Virus record (IMG/VR): IMGVR_UViG_2930369814_000001
Coordinates: 1-64,000 of that record
Length of the DNA stretch: 64,000 nucleotides
Strand: one strand, 5' to 3'
Origin: a virus
Taxonomy: Duplodnaviria; Caudoviricetes
Shown here: positions 1 through 8,919 of the stretch, one piece after another
Numbering within the stretch: position 1 is the first letter of the stretch
Layout: the number at the start of each line of letters is the position of its first letter
The notes under the pieces: model-generated
What the model saw: the letters and a program-made list of their open reading frames with translations, nothing else
What the model was told of the DNA's origin: nothing
The model's database searches: none
Program-made: the position numbers and the translations under genes

Positions 1-246
1 ATGAAGTGGGAGCCGGACGTGCCGAGGTGGCGGCAAGTGCACGCCGTGATGTCGGAGCGCATCCTGGACGGCACCTACCCGCCCGAGTCGAAGCTTCCGT
101 CTGCGATGGCGATCTGCGACGAGTTCGGGATCAGCCAGGTGACCGCGAAGCGCGTGCTGAAGGAGCTACGGGGTGAGGGCCTGGCGGAGATGCAGCCGGG
201 CATCGGCACGTTCGTGACCGAGTTGCCGCAGCCGCCGAAGCCGTGA
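1..246 (+). CDS. GntR-family winged-helix regulator (DNA-binding domain only)
   Basis: ILDGTYPPESKLPS...ICDEFGISQVTAKRVLKELRGEGL...PGIGTFV is a classic GntR wHTH. Confidence 0.9.
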   Translation: MKWEPDVPRWRQVHAVMSERILDGTYPPESKLPSAMAICDEFGISQVTAKRVLKELRGEGLAEMQPGIGTFVTELPQPPKP

Positions 247-364
247 GCCGATCTCCCGACGCAGCCTCGCCAGAACGATCCGGGAAATGACCGACCCCGA
301 GGCATGGCCTCGGGGTGGAGTTTCACTGTAGCCGCTGTCAGACCCCGCGGCTACGCTGATCGTC

Positions 365-544
365 ATGTCCTCTCCTCCCCCGTCTCCGGGTGTTTCGCGG
401 TCTGCTGCGGCCGTGGATGCGGAGATCCGCGCCCTGTTGGAGGCGACGGGCGGTTGGCTGTGGGGGCCGACGCGGGCCCGGTACGAGGCGCTGCGGGATG
501 AGTGGGTGGCCGCCGTCCGCGACGAGATCACCACAGCGGCGTAG
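365..544 (+). CDS. small hypothetical protein (59 aa)
   Basis: ATG 365 to TAG 544, MSSPPPSPGVSRSAAAVDAEIRALL...; below the ORF-track cutoff and followed by a hairpin. Confidence 0.55.
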   Translation: MSSPPPSPGVSRSAAAVDAEIRALLEATGGWLWGPTRARYEALRDEWVAAVRDEITTAA

Positions 545-551
545 AGTACAC

Positions 552-590
552 GGCGAAGCCCCGGCCACTGATCCTGGCCGGGGCTTCGCC
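552..590. terminator. bidirectional terminator hairpin
   Basis: ggcgaagccccggcca-ctgatcc-tggccggggcttcgcc between convergent genes. Confidence 0.7.
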
Positions 591-605
591 TCGCGCTCCG
601 CTCGC

Positions 606-800
606 TCAGCCCCTACCGCGTTGGACGGTCACGGTCTGGTCGGGGCAGATGTAGGCCTTCGCGCCATCGCTCGTGTAGATGGTGGCACCGCCGAAGTCAT
701 CAGTCTCCGTGTAGTCGACGTGGAAGTCACGCCGGAGGTCGGACGTGATGACATCGCCGATCTGAATCTCGGTGGGCCCGATACACAGTGAACGGTCCAT
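606..800 (-). CDS. hypothetical protein
   Basis: Compact ORF with normal protein-like composition, in an operon with 820-1571. Confidence 0.6.
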   Translation of the reverse strand: MDRSLCIGPTEIQIGDVITSDLRRDFHVDYTETDDFGGATIYTSDGAKAYICPDQTVTVQRGRG

Positions 801-819
801 GGGTCTGATCCCTTTCGGC

Positions 820-1323
820 TCAGGCAGAGTCGAGGGTCTGCCGCTTGGGGGCCTGAATGACGTGGAAGTCGGCGTCGGCCATGTCGAACGACCACCACTC
901 CTCTTCGTGGCCGTCCTCGTGGAGCAGCAGGTACCGGCAGCGCTCGCGGTTCTGCTCCTTCATGTACACGTACCAGGACCTGACGACGGTCCACTCCCCC
1001 AGGGGGCTTCGGATCCGCGTTCCTGCTGACTGGCGACCCCGCTGCGACGGGCAGACGGGCCGGTCGGTCGGGCGGGGGGTTCGGCGAGACGCTTCGGCCT
1101 GCACCTCGTGCCGCAAACCGCCCTCACTGATGGAGGTTTCCGTCCCGCTGGAGTCACGCAGCGTGTAGAACCACGCCATCCGTCGACTGTCCTCATCGGA
1201 GAACAGGCGTCGGCCTCCTACGAGGATCAGATCGGTCCTTTCGCGGCCGACGATCGTCAAGGTCTCGCCAAGTCGGTTCCGGTGAGTGTGCCCGATGGGG
1301 AACTCGGGCTTCGGGTAGGTCAT
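820..1323 (-). CDS. hypothetical protein
   Basis: 167 aa; ATGA overlap with the upstream ORF. Confidence 0.65.
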   Translation of the reverse strand: MTYPKPEFPIGHTHRNRLGETLTIVGRERTDLILVGGRRLFSDEDSRRMAWFYTLRDSSGTETSISEGGLRHEVQAEASRRTPRPTDRPVCPSQRGRQSAGTRIRSPLGEWTVVRSWYVYMKEQNRERCRYLLLHEDGHEEEWWSFDMADADFHVIQAPKRQTLDSA

Positions 1324-1571
1324 CGCTGCACCGTCGACCGGGTCGGAATGTACTCGTAGGTCCAGCCGGCGTCGGGCTCTCGCTCGATGAGGTAGTCGAT
1401 GCGGGCACGGATGTCCCGGTAGGGGGTCTGCGAGCAGACAGTGCCGCCGTGCCGGCCGTCGGCAGAGAAGATCTCCCAGGCGCCGGGGATGCGCATGCGG
1501 CGGGGGAGGTTCAGTCGCCGCTGCACGACCACCTTCGGCCGCTCGTCGATCCGCTCGGTGATGTTCTGCAT
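1320..1571 (-). CDS. hypothetical protein
   Basis: RBS GAGGAGG upstream; first gene of the leftward unit. Confidence 0.65.
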   Translation of the reverse strand: MQNITERIDERPKVVVQRRLNLPRRMRIPGAWEIFSADGRHGGTVCSQTPYRDIRARIDYLIEREPDAGWTYEYIPTRSTVQR

Positions 1572-1607
1572 TACCGCCTCCTCGGGGGTGCCGCTTTCAA
1601 CGCCTCC

Positions 1608-1678
1608 AGGTTAGTGGGTACCCATCATTCTTGCAAGTGGGTACCCACTAGTCAGGCTTCGCGGGTACCCACTAACCT
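1608..1678. promoter_or_regulatory. divergent promoter with three GTGGGTACCCAC-type operators
   Basis: Palindromes at 1612-1624, 1636-1649 and 1663-1674; leftward TTGCAA-17-TAACCT; rightward TAACCT 6 nt before ATG 1685. Confidence 0.75.
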
Positions 1679-1684
1679 GTCTTC

Positions 1685-1966
1685 ATGGATAAGCCGCCCG
1701 CACCGTTCGAGAAGCTTGCCGACCTAACCGGCGGCGGCGAAAGCATCGAGCAGGCCGTTGCGCTCACCCAGGCGCTCGCCGCCATCCCGGACCTACAGAA
1801 GTGGCTGCGCGAGCGGCGACAGCACGTCGTCCGCACCCTGCATGAGCGCGACGGCATGAGCTACACCGACATGGCACCCCACCTTGGCGTGAAGCCTGAG
1901 CGCGTCAGCGGCATCGCTCGCGGGCACAGCCGGTCACCTCGCACTCGAAGTAGCGACGCCACGTAG
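1685..1966 (+). CDS. small HTH repressor
   Basis: GMSYTDMAPHLGVKPERVSGIARG helix-turn-helix; adjacent operators. Confidence 0.75.
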   Translation: MDKPPAPFEKLADLTGGGESIEQAVALTQALAAIPDLQKWLRERRQHVVRTLHERDGMSYTDMAPHLGVKPERVSGIARGHSRSPRTRSSDAT

Positions 1967-1975
1967 GATCCCCGG

Positions 1976-2200
1976 GTGGCACACACCTTCGAAGATCTTG
2001 TGAAGCTGGAGCGGCTGGCCGAGGAAGCGCACGCCGCCTACACCGACTCCCCCGGCGCCGACACCCGCGCAGCGTGGCTGGAGGCCGCCGACGAGTTCCA
2101 GGCCGCCGTCGCCGAGCACGCGGCAGCCGAGGGCAAGAGCCGGTACGAGGTGGAGATGGCGGCGAAGAAGACCGTCCGGCACCCAGAGCCGGTCAGCTAG
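1976..2200 (+). CDS. hypothetical helical protein
   Basis: 74 aa acidic, Ala-rich ORF directly after the HTH gene. Confidence 0.65.
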   Translation: MAHTFEDLVKLERLAEEAHAAYTDSPGADTRAAWLEAADEFQAAVAEHAAAEGKSRYEVEMAAKKTVRHPEPVS

Positions 2201-2381
2201 GGTCGCTGCTCCGTGTGCTTACCCAGCCCACGGTGATGGCTGCTGCCGCGCCGTAGGCCAGGCTCAGAGCGTCGCCGCCCACGCCTCCCACGCCGTCGGC
2301 CAAGGTAGCGACAGCGGCGAGGGTGAAGGCGCAGACGAAGACAGCAGCGGCGGTGTGCGTGCGCAGCAGGCGGCGGATCAT
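2193..2381 (-). CDS. small membrane protein
   Basis: Two hydrophobic segments; ATGA overlap with 2378-2959. Confidence 0.55.
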   Translation of the reverse strand: MIRRLLRTHTAAAVFVCAFTLAAVATLADGVGGVGGDALSLAYGAAAAITVGWVSTRSSDPS

Positions 2382-2959
2382 CGCATCCTCAGGAGATCAC
2401 CAAGGTGCAGGGTCTCCATGTGCCCGGTGCCGTCGTGCATCACCGTCACCTGGCCCTGCGGTGCTTCCTCCGCAGTCGGGACGACGGTCACCGAGGTGGC
2501 ACCGTCATCGGCGGCGAGACCCAAGCGGCTGCCGATCTTCGGTCGGCTGGTGAGACGGCGCGCTTCCAGCTCAATGCGACGCTGCTCGGCGATGATCTCG
2601 TTGGCGCGCTCGTCACTGATCGGCTCGCCGTTCCAGTAGTAGCGGGCGCCAGTCGAGATCCACTTCGGGCGGGGTGAGCGAGTACCCGGCGTGACCTTCT
2701 CGCCGCAGATGCGGCACTCCATCCAGGTGTCGACGTGCTCGTCTTGGCAGTCGACGCACCAGTACGGCTCCCCAGCGACCTCGGCCAAGGTCGGATACGT
2801 GACCGGGCCCTCGCCCGATTGGGCGGCGTAGTGCTCGTGCCCGTTGCTGTCCCTGCCGCGCCACTCCGGATCCCGCTCCGGAAGGTCCGAGACGACCCAC
2901 TCCCCGTCGTTCTCGAACTCCAAGGTGCCGCCCTCAAGCAGCAACTCGTGCGTGGCCAT
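2378..2959 (-). CDS. hypothetical protein with Zn-ribbon
   Basis: CVDC...CRIC motif; RBS GGAGG upstream. Confidence 0.65.
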   Translation of the reverse strand: MATHELLLEGGTLEFENDGEWVVSDLPERDPEWRGRDSNGHEHYAAQSGEGPVTYPTLAEVAGEPYWCVDCQDEHVDTWMECRICGEKVTPGTRSPRPKWISTGARYYWNGEPISDERANEIIAEQRRIELEARRLTSRPKIGSRLGLAADDGATSVTVVPTAEEAPQGQVTVMHDGTGHMETLHLGDLLRMR

Positions 2960-3053
2960 CCGATCCTCCCCGGTTGCGGGCCCCGCCTGCGTGACCAGAC
3001 GGGGCCTTCAGCCACAACAAACCCGACTTGCTCGTCGGATCGATAGAACGAGT

Positions 3054-3326
3054 CTACGAGGGGCCGCTGACAGTGCCGGGGCGTCGCGTCGACAGCACGT
3101 AGGTGCCCGCCGTCGCCTCGCTGCTGAACGTCGGGTCCCAGGCGTCAGCCATCGTGTCGATCCCGGCGATGGCGGCCTGGATCTCCAGCGTCTCAGGACT
3201 GCGCGCCCACTTGGTATCGGCGTGGGCGTCGAGTACTTCCTCGACTCGCTGAATGGCGGCAAGGGCAGCTGCGAGGCGTTCATCCATGGCGCCAGGATGG
3301 CAGACGGTCACGGAGTCGCGGGCCAC
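3054..3326 (-). CDS. hypothetical protein
   Basis: Plausible coding from MDERLAAAL; start uncertain. Confidence 0.45.
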   Translation of the reverse strand: MARDSVTVCHPGAMDERLAAALAAIQRVEEVLDAHADTKWARSPETLEIQAAIAGIDTMADAWDPTFSSEATAGTYVLSTRRPGTVSGPS

Positions 3327-3505
3327 TCCGTCAACCGCTTCCCCGTCTCCTCATCCACGAGGGTGACACGGGCCCCCGCACGGCTGCCGTGCTCACCGAC
3401 CCACGAAGCGAACTTGCGGCGGGCGGTCACCTCGCTCCCCCACCAGCCCTGGATCAGGGGCTCGCCGTCGGTGGTGACGGTCACTCGGTAGCGGCCGGCG
3501 GTCAT
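3308..3505 (-). CDS. hypothetical protein
   Basis: MTAGRYRVTVTTDGEPLIQGWWGSE...; RBS GAGG upstream. Confidence 0.6.
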   Translation of the reverse strand: MTAGRYRVTVTTDGEPLIQGWWGSEVTARRKFASWVGEHGSRAGARVTLVDEETGKRLTEWPATP

Positions 3506-3524
3506 GGGCGCCTCATGGAAGTCG

Positions 3525-3743
3525 TCATGCGAGTCGGATGCCGCGAGGCTGGTGCGGTTCCCGCCGGATGGCGCCCTTCGCTTCCAGTTCGACCAGCTGG
3601 TAGTGCACCGATGACGCCGATCGCAGCCCGACCCGTTCGGCGATCTCGGCGACGGTCGGGGCCACACCCTCGTCGGTGATGGCCTGGCGGATGGCGTGGA
3701 GGATCGCCTCCTGGCGTGGGGTGAGGTAGTCGACGCGACGCAT
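3525..3743 (-). CDS. LexA-like DNA-binding domain protein lacking the peptidase domain
   Basis: LTPRQEAIL...GVAPTVAEIAERVGLRSASSVHYQL..LEAKGAIRREPHQPRGI matches the LexA N-terminal wHTH; stops at 72 aa. Confidence 0.85.
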   Translation of the reverse strand: MRRVDYLTPRQEAILHAIRQAITDEGVAPTVAEIAERVGLRSASSVHYQLVELEAKGAIRREPHQPRGIRLA

Positions 3744-3751
3744 ACCCCCAG

Positions 3752-3767
3752 TAGAAACCTTGTTCGA
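3752..3767. promoter_or_regulatory. actinobacterial SOS-box-like site
   Basis: TAGAAA-CCTT-GTTCGA versus consensus TCGAAC-N4-GTTCGA, between divergent genes. Confidence 0.6.
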
Positions 3768-3788
3768 ATATCGGTGCAAGCTGGAGGT

Positions 3789-4127
3789 GTGACCGACCTG
3801 CCGCCCGACCTGCCGCGACTCCGCACCCTGCGGACCTTCCTCGCCGTACTCCTCGTCGAGATTGACGAGGCCATCGCCCGCGGGGAGCAGCGGGAGCGGG
3901 AGGAGCAGCGCGCCACCCGCGACCGGCCCAAGCCACCCGCTTGGCTCCTCGAACTCGGCCTCAACCGGAACAGCCCGCCCGTCCAGGTCCACCAGGGCGA
4001 CTGCTGGAACTCCGGCAAGCGCACCCGCGGCATCAGCCTCGACGAAGCACGGCGCGCCATCACCGAAGGCGTCAAGCCGTGCAACGTGTGCCGGCCGGAC
4101 TCGGCGCTCGGCTTCCTCGACAGCTAG
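3789..4127 (+). CDS. DUF6233-like protein
   Basis: VHQGDCW...EARRAI..GVKPCNVCRPDSALG C-terminal Cys/His motif; GTG start with GGAGG RBS. Confidence 0.75.
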   Translation: MTDLPPDLPRLRTLRTFLAVLLVEIDEAIARGEQREREEQRATRDRPKPPAWLLELGLNRNSPPVQVHQGDCWNSGKRTRGISLDEARRAITEGVKPCNVCRPDSALGFLDS

Positions 4128-4134
4128 CCGCCGG

Positions 4135-4416
4135 CTACCAGCCGAGCAAGTCGGCGCGGTTCGAGCGCGAAACAACCCACAGGAAGAGCAGACGGCCATC
4201 GATAGAGGCAGGCAGCGGCACCGGATGGCCGTCGAAGCAGCTCACCGACACTGGCATGTCAATGTCGGCAAGTGGACCAGTGACCTTGTGGCCGTGGGTG
4301 GCGGCACAGTCAGGGCAGGTCAGCATGTCGGGCGGGGTGGCGTCGAGGGTTAAGGGGATGGTGTCCAGGACGGTGATCGCGAGCAGCCAGTCCGAGGCGG
4401 GTTCGTGTTGCGACAT
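4135..4416 (-). CDS. hypothetical Zn-binding protein
   Basis: CPDC...CFDGH motif in the C-terminal part of a long ORF. Confidence 0.5.
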   Translation of the reverse strand: MSQHEPASDWLLAITVLDTIPLTLDATPPDMLTCPDCAATHGHKVTGPLADIDMPVSVSCFDGHPVPLPASIDGRLLFLWVVSRSNRADLLGW

Positions 4417-4493
4417 GGCCCCAGCGTGCAGACGACGGTGGGGCGCCGAGCGGAAATCTTTCCGCACCGGCGTGTGACGGGCGTCACTTTCTG

Positions 4494-5396
4494 TCAGGCG
4501 CTCTTCCGCGGCTTCCGGGCCGTCTTCTTCGCCGTGGTCTTCTTGGCAGGCTGCTTCTTCGCGGCCCGCTTCTTCGGCATCTCGTGCACGTCCGCATGCT
4601 CGGCGTTCTCGCCGCGGGACTCCTTGGCCTTCGACACGGACTGCTGGAGGGCGGCCATGAGGTCGACGAGCTGCCCCGACTCGGCGGCCGGCTCCGGCGC
4701 GACCGGCGGCTCCCGGTGTTCGCGCTTCGCCTCGATCAGCTCGGCGACGGCCTCCGTGTACGTGTCGCGGAAGTCGTCGCCCTCCAGGTCGTCGCGGGTC
4801 ATGGTGTCCATCAGCGCCAGGGCACCGTCGATCTCTTCCTCGGACAGTTCGACTGGTGGCGGGGTCAGTTCGGAGGGGTCGCGGATCTCGTCGGGCCAGC
4901 GCATCGCGTGCAGGACGATCGCCTTCCCGCGGACCCGGAGAAGGCCGAGGCGTTCGCGGCCGGACCAGGCGTACCGGGCCACCGCCACCCGCGATGACCG
5001 TTCGAGGGCTTGGCGGAGCAGCACGTAGGGCTTTGCCGCGACCTGCCCATCCGGTGCCAGATAGTAGCCGTCGCCGATCCGGATCGGATCGATCGACTCC
5101 CACGGCATGAACGCGACGATCTCGATGGCCTTCGCCGTCGGCAGCGGCAGATCCCGCAGTTCCTCGTCGCTGATGGGGACGACCTGGTCGCGGGCGATCT
5201 CGTAGCCCTTGCCGATCTCCGAGGTGGCGACCTCGCGGTCCTCCAGCTCGCACACCTTCCGGGTCCGCACCCGGGCCATGTCCTCCAGGTGCACCCGATG
5301 GAAGTGGATCGAGTGATCTTCGGTGGCGCTGACCACGTGGATAGGCACGGTGACCAGGCCGAACGAGATGGCGCCGGACCAGATGGTGCGGGGCAT
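4494..5396 (-). CDS. ku: Ku, non-homologous end-joining DNA end-binding protein
   Basis: MPRTIWSGAISFGLVTVPI, IGKGYE, RWPDEIR, DLMAALQQSV and a Lys/Ala-rich tail. Confidence 0.95.
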   Translation of the reverse strand: MPRTIWSGAISFGLVTVPIHVVSATEDHSIHFHRVHLEDMARVRTRKVCELEDREVATSEIGKGYEIARDQVVPISDEELRDLPLPTAKAIEIVAFMPWESIDPIRIGDGYYLAPDGQVAAKPYVLLRQALERSSRVAVARYAWSGRERLGLLRVRGKAIVLHAMRWPDEIRDPSELTPPPVELSEEEIDGALALMDTMTRDDLEGDDFRDTYTEAVAELIEAKREHREPPVAPEPAAESGQLVDLMAALQQSVSKAKESRGENAEHADVHEMPKKRAAKKQPAKKTTAKKTARKPRKSA

Positions 5397-5481
5397 GACG
5401 AACCTCCGAGACAGCCCCGAGCACAGCCAGCCTACGAGCAGCCCACCCACACCGCCAGGCACATACCGCCACAGAACGGGT

Positions 5482-5506
5482 GAATGAGGGCACATGCCGG
5501 GGGCAC
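5482..5506 (+). promoter_or_regulatory. possible SigB-family stress promoter
   Basis: GAAT-N15-GGGCAC upstream of the 5544 gene. Confidence 0.35.
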
Positions 5507-5543
5507 TCCGACCCGTGGATCCCCCACAGGAACGGAGCCACCA

Positions 5544-5795
5544 ATGATCGTCAAAAAGCTGCACGAGAAGGGCGTCAAAAGCGAGCACGCCTACCTCGCC
5601 GCCTTCGCCTCCATCGGCCTCACCGTCGCCGCCTGGGCCACCAGCCTCAAAGTCGAGCCCGGCGTCAACGTCGACCGCGCCGACCGGTGGGGCATCTTCG
5701 TCGGCGAGTGGGCGCCCACCTTCTTCGGCCTCGGCCTCGCCCTCTCCCACTACGAACAGCACGACGGCTCCCTGGCTCACATTCACGAGAGCTGA
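5544..5795 (+). CDS. small membrane protein
   Basis: Two hydrophobic segments, RWGIFVGEWAPTFF motif; RBS GGAG. Confidence 0.75.
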   Translation: MIVKKLHEKGVKSEHAYLAAFASIGLTVAAWATSLKVEPGVNVDRADRWGIFVGEWAPTFFGLGLALSHYEQHDGSLAHIHES

Positions 5796-5887
5796 ACCAG
5801 CCGGACCCCGGCACAGCGGCGCCCGCCTCTGGCAGAAGGGGCGGGCGCTGTCGTGCCACTGTCAGTGCCACCAGGCAAGATGCCCTC

Positions 5888-6073
5888 ATGCCGATCACGA
5901 TGCAGAGCTACAGCTTCACCTGGACCGACCCCGACGGCACCCGACGGGCCTCCGCAGTCGCCTACGACCGGATCAGCGCTGACCGGAGGCGGAACGAGCT
6001 GGAGAAGGCCGGGGCCAGCGACATCGACGAGGTGACTGTCAAACCCGGAGAACTACCGAAGCTGGAGAGGTGA
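5888..6073 (+). CDS. hypothetical protein
   Basis: MPITMQSYSFTWTDPDG...; protein-like composition. Confidence 0.55.
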   Translation: MPITMQSYSFTWTDPDGTRRASAVAYDRISADRRRNELEKAGASDIDEVTVKPGELPKLER

Positions 6074-6415
6074 ACGTGCGAGCACCCGGCCGAAAGGTAG
6101 CCGGCCGGGTGCTCGACGACTGGCCGTCGCGCCACGGTGGCAGCACCGAAACCACGACCACTGAGCACCGCGCACGGCGCGTCAGCGCGGTCGTCCCCGT
6201 CACCGGCGACTTCCTACACGGGCCCCGAGAGACCTTGGCCGCGTCCGGCTCCGGCGTTCGTGTCATGCCGTGAGGTCTGGTGTCCGCGGAGGCAGCCAGG
6301 GCCACCCACACCAGACGGAAGCTGCCTACACCGTCAACCATGAACGGTTCAGCCGCTACATCCACAATGCCAGAACCACAACGGGCAAACCTTGTAGTTC
6401 TGGAGAACGTGCCGC

Positions 6416-6637
6416 TCAGGCAGTTGGTCGGTAGCCGATGAACACGTAGACCCACAACGGGCCGTCGCCCTCTGCCGGTCGGGGGCTGTAGATCGCTGTA
6501 GCTCCTTCGGGGCCGCACTGGCAGTGGACTGCGTCCGGCGGCGTCATCGGATCGCCGGACACTCGCTCGATGACTTGCCCATCGAAGGGGCCGCCCTGCA
6601 AGACAACGTCGTAGGGCTCGAACGTGAAGGCTTCCAT
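6416..6637 (-). CDS. hypothetical protein
   Basis: LQGGPFDGQ motif typical of small phage proteins. Confidence 0.5.
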   Translation of the reverse strand: MEAFTFEPYDVVLQGGPFDGQVIERVSGDPMTPPDAVHCQCGPEGATAIYSPRPAEGDGPLWVYVFIGYRPTA

Positions 6638-6789
6638 CTGGGGACCTTTCAATAGCAGCCGTCCTGGCTGTGAAGGCCCCGCGCCTGAACAAGACGGTAC
6701 AGCAGCGAACGAGCCAGCGCCCCAGCACAACGGCGCCCGCCTCGACGGGGGATGCGAGGCGGGCGCCGCGGCCAGTCTGGCACGGGCGG

Positions 6790-8415
6790 TCAGGCGGCGG
6801 GGCGCTCTTCCCACGGCCAGCGCGCGTCACGCCCCTGCTCCAGCAGCGGGATCATACGGAACGCCTGATCCGTCAGCCCGCCGAACGTGTGTCGGCCCGA
6901 CTTCCCGGACGGCATGACGCCCGGCTTGTACCCGGCCATGTTCCACATGTACACCGGCGTCGCCTTCGGCACGAGGTCGTCGATCGCCGTCTCCCGCATG
7001 CCACCGTGGCCCAGCATGTTCGAAGGCAGCCAGCCCGGCCGAGTCTGCTCGTCGGTGACGATGACGATCCGGTCGTGCGCGAACCAGTGACGCTTCACCG
7101 CGCTCGGGATGTCCGTGCCGTCGATCTGCCCGTAGCCCTCGATCAGCTTCAGCACGCTGCCGCCCCTCGGGACGGTCAGCTCCTTGGACTCGCCGCCGAA
7201 CTCGACCAGCGTCGGCTTCTCCGCCCGCAGGGCCAGCGCGCTCCCGAAGACGGCGGCCTGCTCGGCGAGCGTGATGTCCGACCGGTTCGGGGTGGAGAAG
7301 CCGTAGCCCGGGAACATCGACGGCGACCGGTCCACCAGGATCAGCGTGCTGCCCTTCAGGCGCGGCACGTTGGACAGGGAGTGGCCGAGGGCCTGCTCCA
7401 GGGCGTGCGCCCACCGCAGCGACGGGGCGTGCTTGTAGGCGGCCCACCAGCGGAACGGGAACATGCGGGACCTCGCGACCTGCTCCGGGTCCGTGAACCG
7501 TGCGCAGACCCGGGCCGCGACCTCGTCAGAGACGCCTGCCTCGTCGAAGTTCCTGAGGTTCCTCGCCAGCGCCATCACGCCCATCGACGGGATGATCGCC
7601 TCCCACGCCTCCTTGTCCATCGGGCCCTGCAGCCAGCCCGCCAACGCCTCCCATGTCATGCCAGCGTGCTTCAGGAAGTCCGCGGCGTCCGGCCGCTTCA
7701 GCAGGTCGCGCCGCTTCTGCACGTCCCACTTGGCGACCTCGTTGCGGGTGTGGAGCAGCTGCAGCGACTCGGGGATCGGCTTGTCGCGGTGATGCCGACG
7801 GTCGATGGCGTGCTCGAACAGGTCGCCCTGCCACAGGGCCTTCGGGGCGGGGTGAACGAGTTCGATGACGTCGCCGAACCGGTAGCCCTTGGAGTCGGTG
7901 TCGTACTTGAGCAGGGTTCGCTCGGTGTAGAGGGAGCCGAGTGCGTCCTCGATGCCGCGCTTGACGGGCTTGGGGATGCGGCGGCCGTAGCGGGACGTCC
8001 AGTAGCCGAGGAGTTCCCCCGGCTCGTCAGCGCGCTGAAGGACCGAGGCGATGACCTGCCGGGAATGGCCGGACTCCTGGGCGTCGAGACGGGCCCTGGT
8101 GAACTCAGCAGCGCCGACGATCGCCGCGGTGCGCATGTTGGCCTCGCGACGGAGCCAGCCGAGCAGGCCGGCAGTCCAGTCGGGGTCTTCGACGGCGAGT
8201 TGCCGGACGAGGGCGGTGTACCGGTCGTCGCGGTCGCCGCCCGCCTCGTAGAAGGTGTCGGTGCCGACCATGTTGGACACGGCGAGCAGGTAGAGCTCGG
8301 ACTTCGCGTCGCGGAGGTGGCCGAGGGCGCCCTCGTGGTTGCGGGTCTTCTCCCCGGTCGTGGTTACGGGTGAGGAGACGGACGGGCGGACGCTGCGCGT
8401 GTTGAATCGAGACAT
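6790..8415 (-). CDS. rsr: Ro60/TROVE domain RNA-binding protein (Rsr) with C-terminal vWA domain
   Basis: N-terminal NHEGA...TFYE, QRADEPGE, MALARNLRN, vWA MIDAS-like DRSPSM and IVTDEQ; start MSRFN at 8415. Confidence 0.93.
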   Translation of the reverse strand: MSRFNTRSVRPSVSSPVTTTGEKTRNHEGALGHLRDAKSELYLLAVSNMVGTDTFYEAGGDRDDRYTALVRQLAVEDPDWTAGLLGWLRREANMRTAAIVGAAEFTRARLDAQESGHSRQVIASVLQRADEPGELLGYWTSRYGRRIPKPVKRGIEDALGSLYTERTLLKYDTDSKGYRFGDVIELVHPAPKALWQGDLFEHAIDRRHHRDKPIPESLQLLHTRNEVAKWDVQKRRDLLKRPDAADFLKHAGMTWEALAGWLQGPMDKEAWEAIIPSMGVMALARNLRNFDEAGVSDEVAARVCARFTDPEQVARSRMFPFRWWAAYKHAPSLRWAHALEQALGHSLSNVPRLKGSTLILVDRSPSMFPGYGFSTPNRSDITLAEQAAVFGSALALRAEKPTLVEFGGESKELTVPRGGSVLKLIEGYGQIDGTDIPSAVKRHWFAHDRIVIVTDEQTRPGWLPSNMLGHGGMRETAIDDLVPKATPVYMWNMAGYKPGVMPSGKSGRHTFGGLTDQAFRMIPLLEQGRDARWPWEERPAA

Positions 8416-8452
8416 AAGAAAGCCCCTCGCGTTGGAGGGGAGGTCCAGCAGT

Positions 8453-8597
8453 GGGGTGCCCGAGATCAAAGTCGGCTGCGGTCCTTGTGCCGATGCTCTA
8501 CCAACTGAGCTACCGACGCCTCAGCGCCAGGCGGGACTCGAACCCGCGACCGTCGGATTAACTGTGAAGTATCCGCTGCCTGCGCACCGGGCACCCC
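8453..8597 (-). ncRNA. yrlA: YrlA-type Y RNA with tRNA-like domain
   Basis: Terminal stem GGGGUGCCCGGUGCGCAGG...UUGAUCUCGGGCACCCC; internal T arm GCGGG-UUCGAGU-CCCGC, closed acceptor CUGGCGC-UGAG-GCGUCGG, then D arm GCUC-AGUUGGUA-GAGC; directly upstream of rsr. Confidence 0.88.
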
Positions 8598-8604
8598 CGA
8601 TGCT

Positions 8605-8680
8605 GTGCCTCCCGAGATCAAGGACGGCCGCGGCGGCACTTTTCCAAAGAAGTAGCCGAGACCTGCGCACCGGGAGGTGC
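8605..8680 (-). ncRNA. second, short Y RNA
   Basis: Same Ro-binding stem motifs CCUCCCGGUGCGCAGG...CCUUGAUCUCGGGAGG with no tRNA domain. Confidence 0.8.
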
Positions 8681-8867
8681 ATGAAGTTGTGTTGAAACGA
8701 CTGTAGCCCATCAGGGTGACAACCGGCGGGAGTTACGCCTACCGTGTCTGGGCGGCCTGCCTCGTTCGCAGCGACCCTTCGGGGCGTGGGGAGTAACCCC
8801 TTGGCAGGCCGCACCTACATGGGGAGGCGCCATGAGCGACACGTGGTGGGGCTAGCCCCCGACAGCA

Positions 8868-8902
8868 GAACGCCCCCGCAGCCAGCCGGCCGCGGGGGCG
8901 TT
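8868..8902 (-). terminator. terminator hairpin after the recombinase gene
   Basis: aacgcccccgc...gcgggggcgtt. Confidence 0.6.
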
Positions 8903-8919
8903 GCTCTGCTCATACCCCG

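Noticed and set aside
6670-8373. 567-aa + strand ORF
   Set aside because: Antisense shadow of rsr caused by high-GC codon bias
8490-8562. Canonical tRNA-Asn gene
   Set aside because: Arms are permuted (T before D), the acceptor stem is closed by a loop and there is no CCA end; better explained as YrlA
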